Of a stretch of DNA of 47,353 bases, positions 9,173 through 18,193 are shown one piece after another. Origin of the DNA: Abditibacteriaceae bacterium. GTDB taxonomy: Bacteria; Armatimonadota; Abditibacteriia; Abditibacteriales; Abditibacteriaceae. A program made the translations under genes and the position numbers. Positions within the stretch are counted from its first letter, which is position 1, and every line of letters starts with the position of its first letter. The notes beneath the pieces are model-generated. The model was not told where the DNA came from and ran no database searches. It was given only the letters and a program-made list of their open reading frames with translations. The stretch covers positions 1 through 47,353 of the forward strand of contig JANPJS010000326.1 of assembly GCA_031425655.1 (NCBI GenBank). The letters are read 5' to 3'.

Positions 9173-9649
9173 TTAACGGCGGCGAGAACGTAGCTTGTCT
9201 TCGACGCGCTGCATTCGTTCCATGATGGCGTCTAAACGCGCATTAATCGTTTGATAGTGTGCGCTTGCTTGTTCCATTCTTTGCTCAGTTTTGCGGCGTA
9301 GAACAAGGGGAGGACGGTTAAGTTTCAAGACGCGAATATAGCGTTCGCCTGCGGCGGTCGTCGCCTGTAACGTGCCGTCTGCTTCCGTCCGAATATGGGC
9401 TTGAATGTTGTCGCGCAAAGGGTGAAGCAAGCGCGTCTCGTCTGTGTCACCGTAATACTCGCCCTTGAACTCATTGCAGGCATGGCAGGCGTAAACGAGG
9501 TTGTCTTTGCCGTCGGAGCCGCCTTTTGACTGCGGCTGAAAGTGGTCATACGTCAATTCCGCGCCGACTTCTGCTTCAGAAACCGCGCAGTAGCCGCAGC
9601 GCATGACGTAAATGGAGCGCACCACACGCTTGGTTTGCGCCCGAATCAT
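9173..9649 (-). CDS. HNH endonuclease with C-terminal coiled coil
   Basis: RCGYC..DHFQPQSKGG..NLVYACHACNEFK zinc-binding HNH motif. Confidence 0.9.
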   Translation of the reverse strand: MIRAQTKRVVRSIYVMRCGYCAVSEAEVGAELTYDHFQPQSKGGSDGKDNLVYACHACNEFKGEYYGDTDETRLLHPLRDNIQAHIRTEADGTLQATTAAGERYIRVLKLNRPPLVLRRKTEQRMEQASAHYQTINARLDAIMERMQRVEDKLRSRRR

Positions 9650-9903
9650 AAGGATGTGGCGAGGGCCGCTGTTTTCTGCGCTAATTCGCTCAGCCGCTTG
9701 CGCAGAACAGCACGATGCGAAACAGGCTCCTCCGTGTCTTCTAATCGGGCCTCGATTTCGTCTAAAGATCGCTCGTAGCGCGCCAGCAACTGCTCGACTG
9801 CCGCCTGTTGCTCTTCCTTCGCTTGAAGTTCTTGGGCGCGTTGCTCGTTGACGGCCTCCAAACGTTTGTCGAACTCTTCGCGGGTGATCGTTTCCGTCGC
9901 CAT
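9646..9903 (-). CDS. Small coiled-coil protein, putative partner of the HNH nuclease
   Basis: GAGGTG RBS, TATAAT upstream, 4-nt overlap with the HNH gene; 85 aa rich in E/Q/L. Confidence 0.75.
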   Translation of the reverse strand: MATETITREEFDKRLEAVNEQRAQELQAKEEQQAAVEQLLARYERSLDEIEARLEDTEEPVSHRAVLRKRLSELAQKTAALATSL

Positions 9904-9958
9904 GATTTACACCTCACTCATTGAACCGCTGCTAAACAAAGGCTCACTATGAATTATA

Positions 9959-10065
9959 GCCTTTGCCGCCGAGTAAATCTTTCACTGTTTTCTTGCCTTT
10001 GCGGAACCATCACACGCGATTATTTGGGGTCGAATTGATCACAGTTTCGGGTTTATTTCGGTGTT
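9959..10065 (-). pseudogene. Degenerate duplicate of the ppdK leader and first 28 codons
   Basis: 92/107 nt identical to 9004-9110; reads VINSTPNNRV*WFRKGKKTVKDLLGGKG with an internal stop. Confidence 0.9.
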
Positions 10066-10114
10066 GGGGTCGGGTTATTGCGTGGAATTCGATGGTGTGT
10101 CTCACTCTTTGATT

Positions 10115-10627
10115 ATGAAGTCAGGATTTGAGAAAATAAGCGACGAAATAAAGGCTTACTTTAGATCAACAAAAGCCCAGGTGCCGAGTGTCAAAACCAA
10201 AGTGTCGGATGCCGTCATTGAAACAGTTTTTTGGCCCGGATTTAGTATCAGCCAATCCCATTGGCGCTTAATCATAGATAAAAATGGCAATCTATTCCAA
10301 GACACCTCCGTTTGCGAATGGACACCTGAAACCGGCATCGTCAAAGGGCGCCGGCAAGAGCATCTTCACATTGGTGTGGATGCACTCGCTTCCTTGCTAC
10401 TAAAAGCCGAAGAAGTCGGATTCCTGTCCTATCAAGATTCTTATGACGCTGATCATGTCACGGATTTAGAATTCAGCACGATTCGCATTTGTGGCGCCAA
10501 AGAAAAGAAGGTCAAGACTTACGGGGCGGGTTGGCTGGCATATCACGGCGACAGCGACATGAAGGGGTATATGGAATTATGGAAAGTCATTCATGCATAT
10601 GCTCCCTTTCCGCCCAAGTTGACTTGA
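10115..10627 (+). CDS. Hypothetical protein, DUF6438-like
   Basis: W.LIID.NG..GFLSYQDSY..VTDL..TIRI..KKVKTYG pattern; start moved to ATG 10115 because the upstream part of the ORF abuts the ppdK duplicate. Confidence 0.65.
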   Translation: MKSGFEKISDEIKAYFRSTKAQVPSVKTKVSDAVIETVFWPGFSISQSHWRLIIDKNGNLFQDTSVCEWTPETGIVKGRRQEHLHIGVDALASLLLKAEEVGFLSYQDSYDADHVTDLEFSTIRICGAKEKKVKTYGAGWLAYHGDSDMKGYMELWKVIHAYAPFPPKLT

Positions 10628-10686
10628 TTTCGGCCCTGATAAGCGCAAAACGAGAAGGCCGCCAACAAAGGCGCTGACGGCAAACG

Positions 10687-10988
10687 TTACAACTTCGGCG
10701 CGGGCAGGCGCTTTTCGAGTTGGTCGAGTTGGTGTTGCAACTCCAAAACGAGAATCCGTTGGTCGCGTTGGGCAATTTCGCGGGCTTGTTCCTGTGCCCT
10801 TTGTGACAGGCGGGCTTGAAGTTCGGCGAGATGCTTTTTCGAATCAGTCCGCAACTGAGTGATTTCCTCATCCAGTCGTCGAGACTCTTGGTTCATCAGC
10901 CGCATTTCGGCCAGTCGGCCAGTAGGCGGTCAACCTCGGCTTCGTATTGCTCGTCGGTCATTTCGGGTGTTAAAACGGTTTCGCTCAT
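10687..10988 (-). pseudogene. Coiled-coil protein gene frameshifted by an 8-bp tandem duplication
   Basis: CGGCCAGT x2 at 10908-10923; removing one copy joins MSETVLTPEMTDEQYEAEVDRLLAE to the 10687-10905 ORF, giving 97 aa. Confidence 0.65.
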
Positions 10989-11002
10989 AGAGACATCTCA
11001 TG

Positions 11003-12418
11003 CTACATTTTATCAGTAGTGCGCCTGTCCAAAGTCAGAAACAGATTATTCAGCGATTCGCCAAGCGTCGGATGCGAAAAAATGCCGTCGCGCAATGCGG
11101 AATAGGGCAAGCCGCCCATCATGGCGACTTGGAGAATAGTCGCCATTTCGCCGCCTTCGATGGATAAAAATGCGCCGCCCAAAATAAGGTCGGTTTGGTA
11201 TTCGACTAACACTTTCCAGAAGCCGCATGTTTCGTCGCTTTCGACGCCGCGCGCGGTTTCACTCATCGGCAAATGAGCCACGCGAAACTTGCAGTGTGCT
11301 TCGCGCGCTTCATTTTCGGAAAGGCCGATGCGGCCCAGTTGCGGGTCGGTGAAAACCGTATACGGCACATGGCGATTTTTCGTGTTCGCGTTTTTGCCTT
11401 CGGATAAATTCGCGCACAAAATACGCGCGTCGTCGTAAGCGATATGCGTGAAAAGCGGGCCGCCTTTGATGTCGCCCAAAGCGTAAATGTCGGGCACATT
11501 GGTTTCTAATTGCTCGTTGACGCAAATGTTGCCTTCGTCGTCAGTTTCGATGCCGCAAGCCGCTAAATTGAGCGTATCGGCGTTCGATTGGCGTCCGACG
11601 GCGACCAATAAATGCGAGCCGCGAATTGTCTTGGTTTTGCCGCCGGTTTCGAGGCAGATTTCAACGCTCTCAGCGGTTTTTCGCGCGCTTGTAGCATTAC
11701 ATTGAAGATGGATTTCTACGCCGTCTTCGCGCAGAAACTCGGTCAGGGCTATGGCGATGTCGGCGTCTTCGCGCGCCAAAAGTTGCGGGCCTGCTTCGAT
11801 GATGGTCACTTGTGAGCCGAAACGACGAAACATCTGGCCGAACTCGACTGCGAGATAGCCGCCGCCAAGAATAACGAGGTGCGGCGGCAATTCGTCTAAG
11901 TTCATCAACGATTCTTCGTTTAAAAACGGCACGTCGCCAAGGCCGTCAAGCGGCGGCACGACGGGCCGCGCGCCCGCCGCAATGATAATTTGCTGCGATT
12001 GCAAGCTGCGCGTGCCGCCGTCGTTCAACTCAACTTCGATTTGCTTCTCGCCCACGAAACGCGCTGCGCCGAAAATCAATTCCAGATTCGGCTTCTGGTG
12101 CAGGTTGTCACAGATCTCGGCCCGAAACTCTGCGACGATTTTGCGTGCGCGTTCGCGCATCGCGGGCCAGTCAATTTCGACGGGGCCGGTTTTCACGCCG
12201 TAATCTCCAGCACGCCGCGTTAGATAAGCCACGCGGGCGCAAAAGGCCAGAGTTTTGGTCGGCGTGCAGCCGATATTGACGCAGGTGCCGCCCAAAAACT
12301 GCTTTTCAATCAAGGCGGTTTTGTGGCCGTCTTGCGCTAACATTCGCGCTAAAGCGCCGCCCTGACCGCCGCCGATGACAATGCAGTCGAACGATTCAAA
12401 CGCGGAATCGGGATTCAT
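11003..12418 (-). CDS. Pyridine nucleotide-disulfide oxidoreductase (mercuric-reductase-like / RclA-YkgC group)
   Basis: GGTCVNIGCTPTK redox disulfide, GGGYLAVE, ALGD and HPTLGE; no C-terminal Cys pair. Confidence 0.9.
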   Translation of the reverse strand: MNPDSAFESFDCIVIGGGQGGALARMLAQDGHKTALIEKQFLGGTCVNIGCTPTKTLAFCARVAYLTRRAGDYGVKTGPVEIDWPAMRERARKIVAEFRAEICDNLHQKPNLELIFGAARFVGEKQIEVELNDGGTRSLQSQQIIIAAGARPVVPPLDGLGDVPFLNEESLMNLDELPPHLVILGGGYLAVEFGQMFRRFGSQVTIIEAGPQLLAREDADIAIALTEFLREDGVEIHLQCNATSARKTAESVEICLETGGKTKTIRGSHLLVAVGRQSNADTLNLAACGIETDDEGNICVNEQLETNVPDIYALGDIKGGPLFTHIAYDDARILCANLSEGKNANTKNRHVPYTVFTDPQLGRIGLSENEAREAHCKFRVAHLPMSETARGVESDETCGFWKVLVEYQTDLILGGAFLSIEGGEMATILQVAMMGGLPYSALRDGIFSHPTLGESLNNLFLTLDRRTTDKM

Positions 12419-13377
12419 AACGCGATGGTTTGCGGCGTGTGGCTTGGCCCGGCACAGCGCGGGCCATCGGGAGTCCAGATGAGCGGGTCAATGCACATTC
12501 GGCGCGCGGTTTTTTGCGCGTCCCAAGCGTGATAAACGATGAATTGCGTTTGGCCACCCGGCCCGACGACAACAGAATTGTGGCCGGGGCCAAGCACTTT
12601 ATCCGGCACGCGGCGCAAAACCGACGGGCCTTCGCTGTGCCATTCGTCGCGCCACGGGCCAAGAGGATGCTCGGCCACGCCGTAGCCCACGCCGTAATCC
12701 TCGGTTTCCCACGCGCCGCCCGAATACAGGCAGTAATACAAGCCTTCGTGAAAAACCACGAAGGCGCCTTCAACCGTATGCCACGCGTCCCATGTGCGGC
12801 CTTCCATGACGCGGTCGCGCGCGTAAATTTGCCAATCCGCCGAAGCGCGAATTGCCGTGCGCGGCGCTTCTCGCGGCGTTATCATGTCATCGCGCAAGGG
12901 CACGACGGCCAAGCCGGTTCCCACGCGCCCGTCGTGAAAATCTTTGGCGAAAAATAAATACCACTGGCCGTCCTGCGGGTCGCAAAAAGGATGTGCGTCA
13001 ATAGTGAAACCTTCGTGCGGAAAAAGCTCGATGCCGGCATCTTTGAACGGGCCTTGAGGTTGGCTGGAAGTTGCGACGCGCAAGCGATGTCCCTGCGCTT
13101 CTTTGCCGCTCGCCGCCGAATAATAAAGATAAAACGTGCCGTCTCGAAACGCCACTTCCGGCGCCCAATACTGAGTGTGAACCGGGTTGCGAAGCGGTTC
13201 CAGAGCGGCGCCGCGCGCTTCCCAATGCACCAGATTCTTGGAGTGCAAAACCGGAAAGAATTTTCCGTCCACAACTGGGCCAGTGCCGTAAGCCCAATAT
13301 TCGCCGTCGTGTTTCAAGACAAAAGGGTCGGCGAAATAGTCATGCCAGACCGGGTTGGTATAAGTTAATTCATTCAT
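12415..13377 (-). CDS. Glycoside hydrolase family 43 protein
   Basis: FADPFV, WAPEV, IDAHPF, VEGAFV and GPGHNS five-bladed propeller motifs; start could alternatively be 13398. Confidence 0.92.
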   Translation of the reverse strand: MNELTYTNPVWHDYFADPFVLKHDGEYWAYGTGPVVDGKFFPVLHSKNLVHWEARGAALEPLRNPVHTQYWAPEVAFRDGTFYLYYSAASGKEAQGHRLRVATSSQPQGPFKDAGIELFPHEGFTIDAHPFCDPQDGQWYLFFAKDFHDGRVGTGLAVVPLRDDMITPREAPRTAIRASADWQIYARDRVMEGRTWDAWHTVEGAFVVFHEGLYYCLYSGGAWETEDYGVGYGVAEHPLGPWRDEWHSEGPSVLRRVPDKVLGPGHNSVVVGPGGQTQFIVYHAWDAQKTARRMCIDPLIWTPDGPRCAGPSHTPQTIAL

Positions 13378-13468
13378 ACGATGTATTCCACGCACCAAAA
13401 GCGCGTGGCGAAGAGTCTAACTGCCGCCCCGAAATTGTGGGACTAAAGTGGAGCCGCTAAGCACAATT

Positions 13469-14650
13469 ATGCATTGTCTTCGATTTTTATTCCTTCCGTT
13501 TTGCGTGTTGTTGTGGGTTTTTCCAGTAAAGGCCGATGCCATGTGGAATCTCGAAACGCTGTCGCAGGTGCCGCGAACGCATCCGGCGCCCGGATTCAAA
13601 GAAGCGGGCGTTGAGGCGCTGTTTTACGATACGTTGTCGTGGAAAGGCCAGCCGACGCGTGCTTTCGCGTGGTTGGGAATGCCCGAACATAAACCCGGCG
13701 AAAAAGTGCCGGCGATGGTTTTGGTGCATGGCGGCGGCGGCACCGCCTTCGCCGATTGGGTGCGATTGTGGAACAAGCGCGGCTACGCAGCCATTGCGAT
13801 GGACACTTGCGGCGCAACGCCCGGCGGCGATCACGGCAAGCGTCCGCGCGGGGAATTCGGTGGCCCGCCGGGTTGGGGCGGATTCGACCAAATAGACCAG
13901 CCAATTGAGGATCAATGGACGTATCATGCTGTCGCCGACGTGATTTTGGCGCACTCGCTTTTGCGCTCGCAGCTGGACGTTGACCCGGCGCGCATCGGCA
14001 TCACTGGAATCTCGTGGGGCGGTTATCTCACTTGCATCGTGGCGGGCGTAGATAACCGTTTCGCCTTCGCATCGCCGGTTTATGGCTGCGGCTTTTTAGG
14101 CGACAATTCGACGTGGAAAAGTGCCTTAGACGCCATGAAAGAGCGCGGCCAGAAGTGGCTGAAACTCTGGGATCCGTCGGTTTATTTGCCCAATGCTAAA
14201 ATGCCGTTTTTATGGGTGGACGGCACCAACGACTTCGCGTATCCGCTCAATTCGGTGCAAAAATCGTATCGCCTGCCGCCCGGCGAGCGCATATTAACGA
14301 CAAAGCTGCGGATGCCGCACGGACACGGCGGGCCGGGCGAAAATCCCGAAGAAATCCGCGTTTTCGCCGACGCTATGCTCAAAGGCGGCGTGCCTCTGGC
14401 CAAAATTGCCAAATCAGGGCGCGAAGGCCAAACCGCGTGGGCACAATTTGCCTCAAAAACGCCCATCGCCAAAGCGGAATTGCTCTTCACCAAATCCGGC
14501 GGAGCGTGGAAAGACCGCCTGTGGGAAACCGGGCCGGCGAAAATCGAAGGCCCAAAAATCGTCGCACCTGTGCCGGACGGCGCGACGGCGTGGTTCCTTA
14601 ATATCACAGACGAGCGTGGATTAATCGTCAGCAGCGAAATGGAGCAGTAA
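13469..14650 (+). CDS. Secreted alpha/beta hydrolase (acetylxylan-esterase / peptidase S9-like)
   Basis: Signal peptide, VHGGGG, nucleophile GISWGG, GTND and MPHGH. Confidence 0.85.
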   Translation: MHCLRFLFLPFCVLLWVFPVKADAMWNLETLSQVPRTHPAPGFKEAGVEALFYDTLSWKGQPTRAFAWLGMPEHKPGEKVPAMVLVHGGGGTAFADWVRLWNKRGYAAIAMDTCGATPGGDHGKRPRGEFGGPPGWGGFDQIDQPIEDQWTYHAVADVILAHSLLRSQLDVDPARIGITGISWGGYLTCIVAGVDNRFAFASPVYGCGFLGDNSTWKSALDAMKERGQKWLKLWDPSVYLPNAKMPFLWVDGTNDFAYPLNSVQKSYRLPPGERILTTKLRMPHGHGGPGENPEEIRVFADAMLKGGVPLAKIAKSGREGQTAWAQFASKTPIAKAELLFTKSGGAWKDRLWETGPAKIEGPKIVAPVPDGATAWFLNITDERGLIVSSEMEQ

Positions 14651-14667
14651 TCTTAACCGTCGCATTA

Positions 14668-14790
14668 AAACGGGAAGCCGGAAAGGGCGGTAAGACGGGA
14701 AGAATTTAATCGTGGCGACGAAATCAGAGGTTGCAGTAACCCTACCTTAGTTTTCCTTCCCGTCTTACCGCCCTTCCCGACTTTCCGTTT
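14668..14790. repeat. Intergenic palindromic element with 8-9-bp periodic arms
   Basis: 35-bp arms 14668-14702 and 14756-14790, 32/35 complementary, built of CGGNAAG units. Confidence 0.85.
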
Positions 14791-14812
14791 AAAATCTACG
14801 AAATAAATTCCG

Positions 14813-16024
14813 ATGCGAAACAGTAATTCGTTGCTACAATATCTGAGTTTTGTCGTGTGTTTATCGCTGTTTAGTCTGTTCGGAGGCGTGCAGGCTGCCG
14901 ATTGGCCGCAGTGGCGCGGGCCAGCTCGCAATGGCATCTCGAAGGAAAGCGACTGGCTGTCGCGCTGGCCGGGCGCCGGCCCGAAGCGATTGTGGACAAT
15001 CGAAGTGGGAGCCGGGCATTCGTCGGTCGCGGTTGTCGGCGCGCGGGTTTACACGATGGGCAATGTGAAGAATCAAGACATTGTCTGGTGCCTCAACGCG
15101 GCGACGGGCAAGGCTTTCTGGAAATACGCTTATCGTTGCAAAGCCGACAATTATGCCGGCACGCGCGCCACGCCGACGGTGCAGGAAAATCGCGTTTACA
15201 CACTGAGCCGCGAAGGTTTGGCGCTGTGTTTGGAGGCCGGAACGGGTCGGAGAATCTGGCAGCGTCTCCTACCCGTTTTAACCGGCTCGCCGATTCCCAA
15301 ATGGGGCTTTTCGAGTTCGCCTCTTATCGAAGGCAGTCTGGTGATTTACAACGTCGGCGCGGCGGGCGTGGCGTTGGATAAAAAAACCGGCAAGCTGGTC
15401 TGGAAATCCGCACCGGGCTTGGCCAGTTATGCCTCGCCGGTCGCTTCTACCGTCAAGGGCCGGCGAGTTTTGGCCCTATTTCCGGCGTCGGGCTTAGTCG
15501 GCGTCAATCCGGCCAACGGGCGCCAACTTTGGAGCTTTCCGTGGGCGTGGAACAATCCTTATCAAGTGAACGCGGCAGACCCGATTTTTTGGGGCGACAC
15601 GGTTTTCATCTCGTCCGGCTACAATCGCGGCTGCGTTCTGCTCAAAATCGGCGACGGCGCGCCGTCAATCGTTTATCAGAACACCAATATGCGCAATCAT
15701 ATCAACACTTGCGTGCTGTCGAACGGGTTTCTCTACGGATGCGACCAAAGCACGCTTAAATGTCTCGATATTAAAACCGGCAGCGAACGCTGGCAGGAGT
15801 CGGGTTTTGGACGCGGCGGTTTTAGCCTTGCCGGCGACAAACTGGTTTTGCTTACGGAGCGCGGCGATTTAGTCATCGCGCAAGCCACGTCTCAGCGTTA
15901 TGTCGAATTGGCGCGCGTCAAAGTGCTGAATGGGACTTGCTACACCCAGCCGGTTTTATCAAACAATCGCATCTTCTGCCGCAACCGCGACGGGCAATTG
16001 GTTTGCCTCGACGTAAGTCATTGA
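14813..16024 (+). CDS. PQQ-binding-like beta-propeller (BamB-like) secreted protein
   Basis: Signal peptide, ADWPQWRGP, repeated LD.KTG..W blades and SSP/ATP motifs. Confidence 0.9.
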   Translation: MRNSNSLLQYLSFVVCLSLFSLFGGVQAADWPQWRGPARNGISKESDWLSRWPGAGPKRLWTIEVGAGHSSVAVVGARVYTMGNVKNQDIVWCLNAATGKAFWKYAYRCKADNYAGTRATPTVQENRVYTLSREGLALCLEAGTGRRIWQRLLPVLTGSPIPKWGFSSSPLIEGSLVIYNVGAAGVALDKKTGKLVWKSAPGLASYASPVASTVKGRRVLALFPASGLVGVNPANGRQLWSFPWAWNNPYQVNAADPIFWGDTVFISSGYNRGCVLLKIGDGAPSIVYQNTNMRNHINTCVLSNGFLYGCDQSTLKCLDIKTGSERWQESGFGRGGFSLAGDKLVLLTERGDLVIAQATSQRYVELARVKVLNGTCYTQPVLSNNRIFCRNRDGQLVCLDVSH

Positions 16025-16383
16025 ACCGGAAAGCGTTATAGCATGATCTTCGTTCGCGCCATACGCCCGCCTGAACCTCGCAGCACGCTGTCAATCTCCT
16101 CAATTACGGTCTCCCTCTGTCCCTGTGTGTATCATTGCGCACTTTCTGAACCATAAAGCGGATAATGAGCTTCCTTTGGACAGCTTTTGACCTGTATCAC
16201 CTATGAAATCCTCAGTTAAATAAGAGAGACGATAGGAAGATGCGGTGATTCGAATTCATCAAATATGAGTCAAAATCTCGTCATTCCTTATAATGGGCAT
16301 CATAGTGGCATCGAAATGGCTATTGCGGCGTGCCCGTCGTTGTTAGGTCGTCCCGCGCGAAAAGCGCAGTTAAAAGGAGTAGC

Positions 16384-17205
16384 ATGGGAAACGAATTTGA
16401 AGAGGTCATGAGAACGCCGCACAGCCGTCGCGCGTTCCTGGCGCGCATGAGCGCTGCCGGATTGGGCGTTGCGGCAACGTCGCTTTTGGGCGGCACATTG
16501 CTCACCGGATGCGGTGGAGGCAACGGCGGAGTTGCCGGCCCTGTCGGCAATGTTTATCCGGCGGCCTTCGGCGCCGGTGACATCCGCATTTTGAACTACG
16601 CGCTGACGCTGGAAAGACTGGAAGCCGATCTTTATCGTCAGGCGCTCAACGTCGCGACCAGAAAGCCAATTGGCGCACCGCTGGCGCCCATCGGCAACGC
16701 GCGTGCGACCTATCTCAACGGCACTTCAGTGCCGGCAGGCGGGCTTTCGGGTGGCGCTGCCACTGCGGCGCTTTTGTATCTGGTGCAATTCACTTACGTG
16801 GAATTCGCTCACCGCGACTTCTTGATTGCGGCCATCACGGGCAACGGCGGCACGCCGGTTAGCGCCAATCCCGGTGGTTATCGCTTCCCCGGTGGGCCGG
16901 GCAGCGATTTGAGAACAATCCTGACCAATATCATCCCGCTCGAAGAAACCGGCACACGCGCTTATTTGGGCGCGGTTCCCGATTTTGCCAGCAACACATT
17001 TTTGCAGGTGGCCGGCACGATTTCTTCGACCGAGTCGCGGCACTCTGCCGCGGTTCGCTATCTGGTTAACCCCAGTAGCGTTGGCCCGTCGCGTATGGCC
17101 GGTGACCGCGAAGTCACAGCCAATCCGCCAAGCGAGGAAACCTTTGAAAAGTTCCTCACCGTTCAGGAAGTGCTGAGCGCAGCTTCAAGGACTTACTTCG
17201 CGTAA
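16384..17205 (+). CDS. Ferritin-like domain protein (Ferritin_2), Tat lipoprotein
   Basis: AAAGGAG RBS; SRRAFL Tat motif; LLTGC lipobox; LNYALTLERLE, EFAH, LEETG and ESRH di-metal motifs. Confidence 0.85.
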   Translation: MGNEFEEVMRTPHSRRAFLARMSAAGLGVAATSLLGGTLLTGCGGGNGGVAGPVGNVYPAAFGAGDIRILNYALTLERLEADLYRQALNVATRKPIGAPLAPIGNARATYLNGTSVPAGGLSGGAATAALLYLVQFTYVEFAHRDFLIAAITGNGGTPVSANPGGYRFPGGPGSDLRTILTNIIPLEETGTRAYLGAVPDFASNTFLQVAGTISSTESRHSAAVRYLVNPSSVGPSRMAGDREVTANPPSEETFEKFLTVQEVLSAASRTYFA

Positions 17206-17242
17206 GCAAGCCGTTCCCATGAACGCAAAACAGGAGATTCAC

Positions 17243-18136
17243 ATGAGCGAATTAACCACAACTCCGGCGCCTACGGAGCATAAGCCGCACTTTGGCGGAG
17301 CCGCTACAGCCGTAGCCGTCGGCTTGGCTGCGGCCACCCTTTTATCAGCGAAACCGGCCAAAGCGGCCCACACCTTCCTTAACGCCCCGCTAACCTTTAA
17401 CGACGTGCCCGGCACCGGCGACGTGAAAGTCTTGAATTACGCGTTGGCTTTGGAAGACCTCGAAGCCGACTTCTACGATCAGCTTTTGAAGCGCTTGACC
17501 AGCGGCGGCAGAAACGCCTACGGCGAAACTATCAACGGCCTCAACGTAACCGGTATTGACGTGGATTACGTGCGTCGTTTTGGCCGCGTCGAAGCTGAAC
17601 ACCGCGATTTTCTGCGCGCCACCTTGACCAGCGTTGCCGGCGCCGCCAACGTCATCCAGCCGTTCCGTTACGATTTCGGAATGGGCAGCACCGATGCCAA
17701 TCTGCTTACCCGCGCGCAGCTTATTGACTTGCTGCTCGACATCGAACGCACCGGCGTTGCCGCATATTTGGGCGCTGTCCCGCTTTTCGCGGCGAACAGC
17801 CCGTATCGTCAAACCGCAGTAGCCATTCAAGGCACCGAAGCGCGTCACACAGCGGTGATTACCATCGTCACCAACATCTTGTCCGGTGCTCAGCGTAATG
17901 TGGCTCCGGTGCAAAGCCAGCTTTCCAGCAATGCCCGCAACGATATTGATCCGTTCGGACGCGAAGTGACACAGAATCCGAATGCGCCTTCGACGCCTTT
18001 GATGCCTACGCCGCCCGCAGGCACGGTTTTCGAGGCGCAACCCGATACGCCCGCGATTCCCGACAGAGTGCTCGCCAAAGTCTCCGGCTTTATCGTGCGT
18101 CCTGACGCCCCTCCCTTCACGCCGCCGGTCCAATAA
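17243..18136 (+). CDS. Ferritin-like domain protein (Ferritin_2), secreted
   Basis: CAGGAG RBS; hydrophobic N-terminus ending AKA; LNYALALEDLE, EAEH, IERTG and EARH motifs. Confidence 0.85.
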   Translation: MSELTTTPAPTEHKPHFGGAATAVAVGLAAATLLSAKPAKAAHTFLNAPLTFNDVPGTGDVKVLNYALALEDLEADFYDQLLKRLTSGGRNAYGETINGLNVTGIDVDYVRRFGRVEAEHRDFLRATLTSVAGAANVIQPFRYDFGMGSTDANLLTRAQLIDLLLDIERTGVAAYLGAVPLFAANSPYRQTAVAIQGTEARHTAVITIVTNILSGAQRNVAPVQSQLSSNARNDIDPFGREVTQNPNAPSTPLMPTPPAGTVFEAQPDTPAIPDRVLAKVSGFIVRPDAPPFTPPVQ

Positions 18137-18152
18137 CCGCACGGTCTCAAAA

Positions 18153-18193
18153 CGCAAAGTCGCCACCAGCACCGTGCTGATGGCGACTTTGCG
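18153..18193 (+). terminator. Hairpin after the ferritin-like pair
   Basis: CGCAAAGTCGCCA / TGGCGACTTTGCG stem; weak U-tract. Confidence 0.6.

Noticed and set aside
11003..12418. Mercuric reductase MerA
   Set aside because: No C-terminal Cys-Cys pair, no NmerA domain and no mer operon genes nearby.
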